Shown: positions 29,901 to 38,142 of the stretch, piece by piece | Position numbering within the stretch: the stretch's first letter is position 1 | How the letters are laid out: every line of letters starts with the position of its first letter | Origin: an uncultured Eubacteriales bacterium | Lineage (GTDB): Bacteria > Bacillota > Clostridia > Oscillospirales > Oscillospiraceae | Assembly (NCBI GenBank): GCA_905205195.1 | Contig: CAJLCS010000001.1 | Location: 3,523 to 67,522 of the forward strand | Reading direction: 5' to 3' | Length of the DNA: 64,000 bases | The notes under the pieces: generated by a model | What the model was told of the DNA's origin: nothing | Database searches by the model: none | What the model saw: only the letters and a program-made list of their open reading frames with translations | Program-made: the position numbers and the translations under genes

Positions 29901-31714
29901 TGACCGTTGCAGAAACGGAGAGCGCTTCCAGAATCAGCGTGATTGCGACGGCAAAAGAGGATGCTGCTGCTTCTGCAAGCCTGAGTGTCAGTGTTCTTCC
30001 CGCTTATGCCGTTTTCCCGAATTCCGGAAATGTCTATAAGGGGGAAACCCAGCAGTTCTATGTTCAGTACAAGGGCGAGAACCTGGAGCCGACGGACTAC
30101 ACTTGGAGTGTGGCACCCTATTGGGGGTCACTGCAGGCTGGCACCAAGATGGATGAAAACGGCGTTCTGACCGTTGACGTGAATGAATCGGCTTACTATC
30201 TGACGGTTACCGCCGTCAGCAAGAAAGAGCCGAGCCTGTCCTATACCAGCGGCAACTTCAGACCGCAGGTGGCACTGAGCATTTCTTCTGATGCCAGCAC
30301 CGTGACGGCGGGCAAGACCATGCAGTTTACGGCAATCTATAAGGGAGAGACGGCCGGTTCCGATCTGATTGCGTGGAAGGTGGAAGGTGCCGAAAGCGCG
30401 GATACCACGATCAGCGCCGATGGCCTGCTGATGGTCAGCGCCGAAGAAACCTCTACCAAACTGGTGGTTAGTGCGACTTCCCGGACGAACAGCAATCTGG
30501 TTGTGACGAAGAATATCACGGTGGATATCCCGGTCAATATTGATGGCTGCGTTTCCATTGGAGCCAACATTCTGGGCGCTTCCGGCAACGGCAACCGCAA
30601 TGAGGAAAAGGAAAAAGCACTGGACGGCAAGGAAGACACCAAGTGGTGCACCAACGGAAAAACCGGTTGGCTTGCCATCGATCTAGGCGATAACTACACG
30701 ATCAACCGTTGGAGAACTGTCCACGGTGAAAAGGGAGACGGCGAACCCGGCTTCAACACGAAGATTTTTGCCATGGAAGTGCTGAAGGATCCCAATGCTT
30801 CCGCGGAGGATCTGGCGAATAGCAGCTATCTGTCCAACAAGGATAACTGGACGGAAGTGGAGCTGGTGGACAACAGCACGGCACAGGCCATGGTGGTGGA
30901 CCATACGCTGGAAACCCCGGTGACCGGCCGGTATTTCAGACTCCGGATTGATGATTCTTGCATCAACCTGTGGACAGCTGTCCGTATCCATGAATTCCAG
31001 CTTTACGGCGAAAAGGCTGCTTCCGGTACATCCGAGAATGAAGCGGTTACCGTTTCCGAACCCGTTACCGAGCCGGTGTCCCTGCCTGCGCCTTCCGTGC
31101 AGGAAGTGACCTGGACGGTGGAGGGCGCCAAGTCCGAGGCAACCAAGATTGACGCCAACGGCATTCTGACCATCGGCGCGGACGAGCCGGACGGCGTGCT
31201 GACCGTGAAGGCCACCTCCGTCCTCGATCCCACCAAGTCCGACACCGCCATCGTCAACGTGACCGCCAAGGCCCGCTTCGCGGTGGAAGTGATTGTCGGT
31301 GCGGGCGGCACCGTGACCCCGGGCACCGCCGAATATCTCGACGGCACCGAGGTGACCTACACCGTCACCGCCGACGAAGGCTACGAAATCGACCGGGTGA
31401 CCGTCAACGGTGAAGTCGTGGAGCTGGTGGACGGCCGGTTTACCGTCACCGTGACTGGCGACACCAGAATCGAGGCCACCTTCAAGGAGATCAAGGGCAC
31501 CGAGCCGACCGAACCCGAGAAGCCCACGGAGCCTGAGAAGCCCACCGAACCCGAAAAACCCACCGAGCCTGTGAAGCCCACCAACCCCGGCCAGCCCGGA
31601 ACGCCCTCTACCGGCGACGCGGCCAGCCCCATAACGGCGGTGGCTCTGGCGGTGCTGTCCTTTGCGGCACTGGCCACCTTCGCGGTGCTCTCCATCCAGC
31701 GCAAGCGTCACTGA
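26906..31714 (+). CDS. Cell-wall-anchored endo-beta-N-acetylglucosaminidase (GH85) with FN3, Ig-like and CBM32-like modules
   Basis: Signal peptide; FNFWQYVD, NAAHKNGV, YYGFDGYFFNME (catalytic N-x-E), FYTNFNTGHG; F5/8-like ALDGKEDTKW...GRYFRL; PSTGD + TM + KRH sorting signal. Confidence 0.9.
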   Translation: MKRKMTGKRIGSGFLALTMILVLLLGSTVTVFAGDTYPYVGASAEGENQPTLHGYRVEDIMQWSPETDPYAELLRAQVPLQDRNAAFAATQANPDLTPLAQYLTLTGDYGNSFFNSDAYTNEFSTHVFNFWQYVDQYASWHGMPSVGTPEELNDVRDERNATDGNAWKRRNFEFGLVNLPNPAYTNAAHKNGVLSLGCMFQPRAYQNFEVMLYKDENGRYPVADKLTEMARYYGFDGYFFNMEGRAYGESARAQLKEFLAQMRQDGMYIQWYNAGGFSTNMLTSATENNYENATLYANSIFQEYGTAVAGDEKTKPYGLDKYQVAFNGFEAGRDRWGNSFSRLLKDGVMNASIASLGTDFVQTGLERTIRQDEETGYNLFSRELDEYQWMAFERERLWWTGNNNARTTAVNAGLSGSVGDIDARNFTGIADYIAERSVVRGDSFYTNFNTGHGLEYAVDGERSSDSEWSNINLQDILPTWQWWFDVAAEGDETPASLSAEFDYGTKYRKVYNSGEEGQFGFERVGAYNGGSSLAVYGDINAENFLHLYKSALNVGEASKMAVTFQKTSDDASAMKLGLIFADDPENVVKLAIPGSEKKSDSWVTAAVDLSAYAGKEIAAFGLVFEGKAEGYQMNIGQMRFTSGTDQVPDAPAGFHVVKAYEDGEMTVSWDKESYDQVKQYNLYAMVGGKEVFLGGIYDSNYYIKNVQDAIAEAAASYIESVTVSPKEVDATAGDALNFAAAVKGYAEEAGQVTLVLKAVSADGTESEGTMTTYNYGDAVKNVTVDNSTDGQLVLTWEGGQADVTVTTSYESEKRTWTASGNNGCTVEVPTGADADGAYITVQITKDGTSTVVDSRLPDKYCKPYDGRIFPSDHRLTQPMSTDWHVIRYQVVTDGQRGDTVEVTRGVGAGVTNDHAVFKQIPSDADGVYVWLEDYNGNVSEEVYLAGAISVTVEGINSVQAGATRQYTAKVKNFAESDEVTWSISGNQSADTKIDQNGLLTVAETESASRISVIATAKEDAAASASLSVSVLPAYAVFPNSGNVYKGETQQFYVQYKGENLEPTDYTWSVAPYWGSLQAGTKMDENGVLTVDVNESAYYLTVTAVSKKEPSLSYTSGNFRPQVALSISSDASTVTAGKTMQFTAIYKGETAGSDLIAWKVEGAESADTTISADGLLMVSAEETSTKLVVSATSRTNSNLVVTKNITVDIPVNIDGCVSIGANILGASGNGNRNEEKEKALDGKEDTKWCTNGKTGWLAIDLGDNYTINRWRTVHGEKGDGEPGFNTKIFAMEVLKDPNASAEDLANSSYLSNKDNWTEVELVDNSTAQAMVVDHTLETPVTGRYFRLRIDDSCINLWTAVRIHEFQLYGEKAASGTSENEAVTVSEPVTEPVSLPAPSVQEVTWTVEGAKSEATKIDANGILTIGADEPDGVLTVKATSVLDPTKSDTAIVNVTAKARFAVEVIVGAGGTVTPGTAEYLDGTEVTYTVTADEGYEIDRVTVNGEVVELVDGRFTVTVTGDTRIEATFKEIKGTEPTEPEKPTEPEKPTEPEKPTEPVKPTNPGQPGTPSTGDAASPITAVALAVLSFAALATFAVLSIQRKRH
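31505..31576 (+). repeat. Coding tandem repeat, 4 x 18 bp (PTEPEK/PTEPVK wall-spanning linker)
   Basis: PTEPEK x3 + PTEPVK with synonymous codon variation. Confidence 0.9.
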
Positions 31715-31896
31715 TTTCAGTGTCAGCTCTCTTAAGACCTTGGGACCGGCTTCGGCCGGTCCCTCGGTCGAGCGAGGACAAGATTTCCCCGTTGGACCGA
31801 GGGAAAAGAAACTGGACATTTTGCCCATGAAATGCTATAATCAGATTGACCATTTTGACGATTTGACGGAAAGGAAGCCTGCGGCAGGCAAAACCA

Positions 31897-33648
31897 ATGA
31901 AAAGAACGGGAATTTTCAGCTTTTTGAACTTTCGCCTTTACCGGCGAACCTTTATTATTTATCTGGCGGTGACGCTGGTGCTGATCACCGGCATTTCTGC
32001 CGTGCTGATGTTCAATGCCCACAAAACCGGCCTGAATAACTTCTCCGCCACCGCCGACAGCGTCTACACCAACGTGGACATGAAGCGGGAGAGCGTCATC
32101 AGCGGCATTGACCGGCTGTTTTTCCGGATTTACTCCACCCCTACGCTGGAACAGGATTTTTACCAGTTCTTCGGCGCCAAGCCGGTGGACTATGTCCGTT
32201 CTCTGCTGGACCGGGTGGGCACCGGCTATGAAAAATACACCGACGCGGCCCATAGCATCGTGTCTGAAAGCGACTACTGCATCCGCAATATCCTCTATGA
32301 CGCCAACGGTATGATTTACAACATGGAGTATAACGGTCGGGGGCACTCCCGGTATTACGACATTGACGCGGAAAAGGCGGCGGAGCTGACGGTAGGGCGG
32401 CTGGAATATGCCAAGAACATCGTCAGACCCAGCGGCGCGCTGGGCCGGATTTCGTTTCTGATTGACTTTTCCGACTATCTGACCGCCACCTTCGGCAGCA
32501 ATCAGCAGGAGGGCGTGGCGCTGGTGCTCGGCGACGCGGTGGTGTCCGCAGGCGGCCCCCAGCTCACCGATCAGGAGTGGAAGGCGCTGGCGGCCCGGAC
32601 CCAGACGCTGGGCCAGGCCCACATTCAGGGCAAATGGATGTTCTATTCGGTCAAGCCTGCCGAGGGCTACACCGTCATCAGCGTGGCGCCCCGGCAGAAG
32701 TACCTGCGGTTTTCCCTTTACACCATGCTGGCGGTGATTGCCTTTCAGATTCTGGCCTTCGGCTACATTACGGTGCTCTACAGCCGCCAGTTTTCCAAGG
32801 ACACAGTGTTTCTGCGGTCCATGCTGGACAGCATGACCCAGGCCCAGTCCAGTAATTTCGTGAAGGTTGATCTGGGGGGACGGTCCGACGAATACGGCCA
32901 GATTGCCGCCCACCTCAATGATCTGTATACCCAGCTGCAGCTGCTGATTCAGCAGAAATATGTGTTGACCATCAACCAGCAGCGGACGGAAATGCAGATG
33001 CTCAGCGCCCAGCTCAACCCCCACTTCCTTTATAATACCCTGGAGCGGATCCGGTTCCGGGCGCTGCGGGAGGGGGCGTCGGATGCGGCGGAGGCCACGG
33101 CCAATCTGGGCCAGCTGTACCGCAACATCGTCAAAACCGCGCCGATTATCACGCTGGAAAAGGAGCTGGAGATCACCACCCAGTATCTGGAGCTGATGGC
33201 CTTCCTGTACGGCGACCAGCTGGTGTACCATGTGGATGCCGACGACGAGGTCAAGGACCTTCAGACGCCGAAAATCTGGATGCAGCCCATTCTGGAGAAC
33301 TTCTTCAAGCACAATTTCCAGGATGATGTCAAAACTAAGGTCATTGTGATTTCGGCCCAGAAGCAGGACCATCGCTATGTCATGGAATTTTTCGACAATC
33401 TGGGCCGGATTCCGGAGGATCAGCTGCAAAAAATCAACGAGGAGCTGACGCCGGAGGCCATCCGCCAGTATACCCAGCTCCCGGGCAAGGGAATCGGCCT
33501 GCAAAATGTGTATCAGCGGCTGTGCCTGTATTACGGCGGGCAGGTGGAAATGAGTCTGTCCAACAATTCGCCGGCGGGAATCCGGGTGCGGATTGTGATC
33601 GAGAACAAGGAGGAACAGGAAAATGTACCGTCTGCTGATCGTGGATGA
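31897..33648 (+). CDS. YesM/LytS-type sensor histidine kinase
   Basis: Two TMs, HAMP-like DEYGQIA, AQLNPHFLYNTLE, QPILENFFKH, GIGLQNV. Confidence 0.9.
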   Translation: MKRTGIFSFLNFRLYRRTFIIYLAVTLVLITGISAVLMFNAHKTGLNNFSATADSVYTNVDMKRESVISGIDRLFFRIYSTPTLEQDFYQFFGAKPVDYVRSLLDRVGTGYEKYTDAAHSIVSESDYCIRNILYDANGMIYNMEYNGRGHSRYYDIDAEKAAELTVGRLEYAKNIVRPSGALGRISFLIDFSDYLTATFGSNQQEGVALVLGDAVVSAGGPQLTDQEWKALAARTQTLGQAHIQGKWMFYSVKPAEGYTVISVAPRQKYLRFSLYTMLAVIAFQILAFGYITVLYSRQFSKDTVFLRSMLDSMTQAQSSNFVKVDLGGRSDEYGQIAAHLNDLYTQLQLLIQQKYVLTINQQRTEMQMLSAQLNPHFLYNTLERIRFRALREGASDAAEATANLGQLYRNIVKTAPIITLEKELEITTQYLELMAFLYGDQLVYHVDADDEVKDLQTPKIWMQPILENFFKHNFQDDVKTKVIVISAQKQDHRYVMEFFDNLGRIPEDQLQKINEELTPEAIRQYTQLPGKGIGLQNVYQRLCLYYGGQVEMSLSNNSPAGIRVRIVIENKEEQENVPSADRG

Positions 33649-34432
33649 TGAAAAGGACATTTGCGAAAATATCAAGCTGCTGCTGGACTGGAGCCGATTC
33701 AATATCGGCGCGGTTTACACGGCCACGTCCTTTGAGCGGGCGGTGGATATTGCGCTGGACGTAAAGCCGGATCTGGTGCTGGTGGATGTGAATCTGGGCG
33801 GCCACCTGGGCTATGAGCTGATTGCGCGGCTGCGGGAAATGGGCCTGACCGCATCGTTCTGCATGATTTCCGGCTACGACGACTTCTTCTATGTGCAGCG
33901 GTCCATGAAGGCTGGGGCACGGGACTATCTGCTCAAGCCCATCAACACCCGGGACCTGGAAACCTATCTTACCCAGGCCATCGTCTCGGAGCTGGGCGGC
34001 ACTCTGCCGGAGCAGAAACAGCCGGCGGCCCAGATCGACGAGGTTTCCAACCGGCCCTATCACGATTTTTCCAACATTACCAACAAGGTGATCCTGATTA
34101 TCAAAAACGACTGCGGCGCCAATCTGTCCCTGGCGGTGATCGGCGATATGTTCAATATGAGCAGCAAGTACATCGGCCGGGTGTTTCTGAAGGATACCGG
34201 CCTGAAATTCACGGAATATCTGATGGTTTACCGGATGTACACGGCCAAGCGGCTCATCGAAACCACCCGGGAGCGGATTTCCGATATCGTGGTCAAGGTG
34301 GGCTATTCCCAGCCCAATAATTTTTACGTCCATTTCAACCGCCTGTTCGGCTATTCGCCTAACGTCCTCCGGACGGCGATTCCCGGCGAAGGCGGGGGCA
34401 AGCAGACCGACGAGCCGGAGGAGGGTGTATGA
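33623..34432 (+). CDS. YesN-type response regulator (REC + AraC HTH)
   Basis: LLIVDDE, LVLVD, SGYDDF, YLLKP; C-terminal VGYSQPNNFYVHF. Confidence 0.9.
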   Translation: MYRLLIVDDEKDICENIKLLLDWSRFNIGAVYTATSFERAVDIALDVKPDLVLVDVNLGGHLGYELIARLREMGLTASFCMISGYDDFFYVQRSMKAGARDYLLKPINTRDLETYLTQAIVSELGGTLPEQKQPAAQIDEVSNRPYHDFSNITNKVILIIKNDCGANLSLAVIGDMFNMSSKYIGRVFLKDTGLKFTEYLMVYRMYTAKRLIETTRERISDIVVKVGYSQPNNFYVHFNRLFGYSPNVLRTAIPGEGGGKQTDEPEEGV

Positions 34433-35892
34433 AGCAGCGGCGGTTTCTGGCGTTTTTTCTGCTTCTGGCGGTGCTGCTGAGCGCCTGCACGGCCCACGAT
34501 GCCGAGCAGACCGAACGGCAGCCGGTGACGCTGGTGTATTACACCATCGGCGAGCCGGATGCGGATTTGCAGCGGGTGAACGATGCCCTCAACGAGCTGC
34601 TGGTGAAGCGCTACGGCTTCCGGGTGGATTATCGGAAAATCGGCTGGAACGACTACGAAAAGCGGCTTTCCACCATGGTCAACACCAGCGGCAGCTTTGA
34701 CATTGCCTTTGCCTGGACGGAGAACTATCAGTCCAATGCCCGCCGGGGCAGCTGGCTGGACCTGACCCCCTATATGACCACTATCGGCAGCGAGATGTAC
34801 GACGCCGTGAACAGCACCTTCTGGAAGGGCGTCCTGGTCAACGGCCGGATTTACGGCGTGCCGACCAACAAGGAGCTGGCGACGCCCACCCAGTTTCTCT
34901 TCGACAAGCGGCTGGTGGAGAAATACGACATCGACATTACCCAGTACCGGACCATTGCATCGCTGGAGCCGCTGCTGGCCATGATTGCCCGGGAAGAGCC
35001 GGACTATATCCCCTTTTTCATGGACGCCACCCGGCACAATCTGTTCCTGCCGGTGGGCTATGAGTATGTCACCTATGATACCGTGCCGCTGGTGATCCGG
35101 TCGGACGATCCGGAATGCAGGGTCTATAACGCCTTCGAAATCGACGCGGTGATGGACGAGCTGCGGACGCTGCACCGGTACTATTCCCTGGGCTATATCA
35201 ACGAGGACGCCAGCATCCGCACGTCCCTGTCCCGTTTCTCCGACGAAAAGACGTTTCTGCGCCTGTCCAGCGGCGGACCGGATTCGGATGCCAGCTACAG
35301 CGAAACCTTCGGCTATCCCATTGTGGTGCAGCAGGCCTCCCGGAGCGTGGCCACCACCGACTCCACCCGGGGCGGCGTGATGGTGGTCAACGCCCAGACG
35401 AATCATCCCGAGGAATGCGTGACCTTCCTCAATGCGGTCAATACGGATCCGGAGGTGCGGAATCTGCTCAATTACGGCATCGAGGGGGTCCACTATACGC
35501 TGACGGACAAGGGACAGGTCCACACCACCTCCGCCGCCTATGCCGGGATTACCTACACCCAGGGCAACTGGTTCCTGCTCTATACCCGGGAGGGGGAGAA
35601 CCTGGACCGGTGGGAGGTGTTCAAGGAGTTCAACGCGGCGGCCAAGGAATCCACATTGCTGGGCTTTACCCCGGATTATTCCGGCTGCACGCTGGAATTT
35701 GACCGGATTGCCCGGATCGATGACCGGTATTATGCCGCGCTGATGACGGGCACGGTGGACCCGGACGACTATGTTCCCAAAATGAACGAAGCCTTCCGGG
35801 AAGCCGGTATTGATGACTTGCGCCAGGTACTTCAGTCCCAGATTGATTCCTGGCTCCGGCGCCGGGACGCGGCGCCCGTGACGCTGCCGTAA
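34429..35892 (+). CDS. Lipoprotein solute-binding protein (DUF3502-like), probably a sensory partner
   Basis: LLSAC lipobox; LLNYGIEGVHY and LLGFTPD motifs shared with 38143; overlaps the response regulator stop. Confidence 0.85.
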   Translation: MKQRRFLAFFLLLAVLLSACTAHDAEQTERQPVTLVYYTIGEPDADLQRVNDALNELLVKRYGFRVDYRKIGWNDYEKRLSTMVNTSGSFDIAFAWTENYQSNARRGSWLDLTPYMTTIGSEMYDAVNSTFWKGVLVNGRIYGVPTNKELATPTQFLFDKRLVEKYDIDITQYRTIASLEPLLAMIAREEPDYIPFFMDATRHNLFLPVGYEYVTYDTVPLVIRSDDPECRVYNAFEIDAVMDELRTLHRYYSLGYINEDASIRTSLSRFSDEKTFLRLSSGGPDSDASYSETFGYPIVVQQASRSVATTDSTRGGVMVVNAQTNHPEECVTFLNAVNTDPEVRNLLNYGIEGVHYTLTDKGQVHTTSAAYAGITYTQGNWFLLYTREGENLDRWEVFKEFNAAAKESTLLGFTPDYSGCTLEFDRIARIDDRYYAALMTGTVDPDDYVPKMNEAFREAGIDDLRQVLQSQIDSWLRRRDAAPVTLP

Positions 35893-35905
35893 AAACCGAA
35901 AACGG

Positions 35906-35939
35906 ATCGGCTCTGCGCCTTGCGCGCGGAGCCGATTTT
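35906..35939 (+). terminator. Terminator of the HK-RR-SBP unit
   Basis: ATCGGCTCTGCGC / GCGCGGAGCCGAT plus TTT. Confidence 0.7.
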
Positions 35940-36044
35940 ACGTCCATGCCGTTCGCATTTTGTACAAAAATGCTTAACAATAATTATGCAAGATGCCGAA
36001 AAGAAATCAAAAAGAAACATCCGGTTTCTGAAAAATTTCTAAAA

Positions 36045-36110
36045 TGTATCCTTTTCATACTATGATGCGAAATTTCAAGACTTTCCAGAGTGAACGCGCC
36101 GCCCTATAAT
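36045..36110 (+). promoter_or_regulatory. Activator-dependent promoter of the ABC/GH operon
   Basis: Direct repeats TGTATCCTTTTCATACTAT (36045) and TGCGAAATTTCAAGACTTT (36066) with a 21-bp period; TATAAT at 36105. Confidence 0.65.
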
Positions 36111-36144
36111 AAGAATGTAAAAAATACGGAAAGGTGATGAAGAG

Positions 36145-37119
36145 ATGCCCCGACTCAAAGCCCGGGAGAAAGCCGTGGGGAAGAAGCCCTTCTGGAAATG
36201 GAGCAAGGATGACGTCGAGCTGACCATCCTGGCGGTGCCGACCTTTGTGTGGTACCTGCTGTTCTGCTATCTGCCGATGTTCGGCATTATTCTTGCTCTG
36301 AAGGACTATAAGATTGTGGATGCTTCCAAGAGCTTCCTTTACAATCTGCTTCACAGCGAATGGGTTGGTCTCAAAAACTTCGAATATTTCCTTAGCTTAA
36401 AAGACTTCCCCCAGATCCTCCGCAATACACTGCTGTATAACGCCGTGTTCATCGTGCTGGATATCGTCCTGCCGGTGGGCCTGGCCATGATGATCAGCAA
36501 TATCTACAGCAAGCGGATGTCCAAGACCTATCAGACCCTGATGTTTATGCCCCACTTCATGTCCTGGGTGGTCATCAGCTATTTCGTCTATGCGCTGCTG
36601 ATTACCGACAAGGGCCTGCTCAACAGCATCATCCGGGCCTTCGGCGGGGAGAACATCAACTGGTATTTCGAGCCGAAATACTGGCCCGCCATTTTGGTGA
36701 TTATGCACGTCTGGAAGGTGCTGGGCTACAGTATGGTGGTGTATCTAGCCTCCATTACCGGCATTGATTCCACGCTGTATGAGGCCGCTTCCCTGGACGG
36801 CGCCACCAAGTTCCAGCAGGCCCGGTACATTACGCTGCCGTCGCTGCGGCCGATCATCATCATGATGTTCATCATGGCGGTGGGCCACATCTTCTCTTCG
36901 GATTTCGGCCTGTTCTATCAGGTCACCCGGGGCGCCGGCCAGCCGCTGACGCCGGTGGTTGCCACCTTCGACGTGAAGATCTTCCAGATGGTCACCACCA
37001 GCCCCAAGCTGGGCCAGAACGCCGCGGCGTCCCTGTTCCAGTCCATGGTTGGCTGCGTGACGATTCTCATCGCCAACGCCGTGGTCCGCAAGGTCGATAA
37101 GGCCAGCGCACTGATCTGA
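36145..37119 (+). CDS. Carbohydrate ABC transporter permease (LplB-like)
   Basis: YLPMFG, WVGLKNF, PHFMSWVV, LYEAASLDGA EAA loop. Confidence 0.93.
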   Translation: MPRLKAREKAVGKKPFWKWSKDDVELTILAVPTFVWYLLFCYLPMFGIILALKDYKIVDASKSFLYNLLHSEWVGLKNFEYFLSLKDFPQILRNTLLYNAVFIVLDIVLPVGLAMMISNIYSKRMSKTYQTLMFMPHFMSWVVISYFVYALLITDKGLLNSIIRAFGGENINWYFEPKYWPAILVIMHVWKVLGYSMVVYLASITGIDSTLYEAASLDGATKFQQARYITLPSLRPIIIMMFIMAVGHIFSSDFGLFYQVTRGAGQPLTPVVATFDVKIFQMVTTSPKLGQNAAASLFQSMVGCVTILIANAVVRKVDKASALI

Positions 37120-37135
37120 GAGGAGCGTGGGATTG

Positions 37136-38074
37136 ATGAGCAAAACGTCTGCAAAAGGGCTGAACGATAACGCCAAGCGCCTCAATCGGATCAAGCCGGC
37201 TACCAATGTGATTTTCAACGTTATTTTCATTCTTCTGGCGCTGGCATGTCTGCTGCCGATTGTCTTCACCTTCGTCATCTCCATTACCGATGAGAAGGTG
37301 ATCCGGACCCAGGGCTACCAGTTCTATGTCACCGCCAAAACCGTGTCCACCAGCGCCTACAAGTACCTGTGGACCCAGCGGACCACCATTCTCCGGGCAC
37401 TGTGGGTTTCCGTCGAAGTGACGGTGATCGGCACGGTGCTGGGCGTGATTCTCACCTGCCTGATGGGCTACGTCCTGTCCCGCCGGGAGCACAAGCTCAA
37501 CGGATTTCTCACCATCATGGTGTTTATTCCCATGATCTTCGGCGGCGGTGTGGCGGCGTCCTACGTCATGAACACCCAGGTGCTGAAGCTGACGGACACC
37601 ATCTGGGCGCTGATTCTGCCGCTGGCCGTGTCCAGCTTCAACGTCACCATCGCCCGGACCTTCTTCCGCACCACAATTCCAGATGCGGTCATCGAGTCAG
37701 CCCAGATTGACGGCGCGTCCCAGTGGACCATTTTCTTCCGGATCGTGTTGCCGATTTCCAAGCCGGTGCTTGCCACCATCGCCCTGTTCCTGGCCTTCGG
37801 CTACTGGAACGACTGGTATCAGTCCATGCTGTACATCAAGAGCGACAGTCTCAAGTCGTTGCAGGCCATGCTGCAGTCCATGCAGAAGAACCTGGAGTAC
37901 CTGACCAAGAACCCCACGGCGGGCCTGGCCCAGGCGGATATGATCCGCCAGATGCCCCAGGAATCCGTCCGGATGGCCATTGCCTTCATCGTGGCGGTGC
38001 CCATTGCCTGCATCTACCCCTTCTTCCAGAAGTACTTTATCTCCGGCCTGACGGTCGGCGCGGTAAAGGGCTGA
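37136..38074 (+). CDS. Carbohydrate ABC transporter permease (LplC-like)
   Basis: IESAQIDGA, YWNDW, YPFFQKYF..GAVKG; start uncertain (37127, 37133 or 37136). Confidence 0.92.
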   Translation: MSKTSAKGLNDNAKRLNRIKPATNVIFNVIFILLALACLLPIVFTFVISITDEKVIRTQGYQFYVTAKTVSTSAYKYLWTQRTTILRALWVSVEVTVIGTVLGVILTCLMGYVLSRREHKLNGFLTIMVFIPMIFGGGVAASYVMNTQVLKLTDTIWALILPLAVSSFNVTIARTFFRTTIPDAVIESAQIDGASQWTIFFRIVLPISKPVLATIALFLAFGYWNDWYQSMLYIKSDSLKSLQAMLQSMQKNLEYLTKNPTAGLAQADMIRQMPQESVRMAIAFIVAVPIACIYPFFQKYFISGLTVGAVKG

Positions 38075-38142
38075 GGAACCCCATTTCATATTGAAGCAGC
38101 GGCCGCTGCTGCAATAAACAATCATCTTTAGGAGGAACTAAA

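Noticed and set aside
31505..31576. 18-bp tandem repeat as a phase-variation or contingency locus
   Set aside because: In frame and synonymously diverged; an ordinary Pro-rich wall linker
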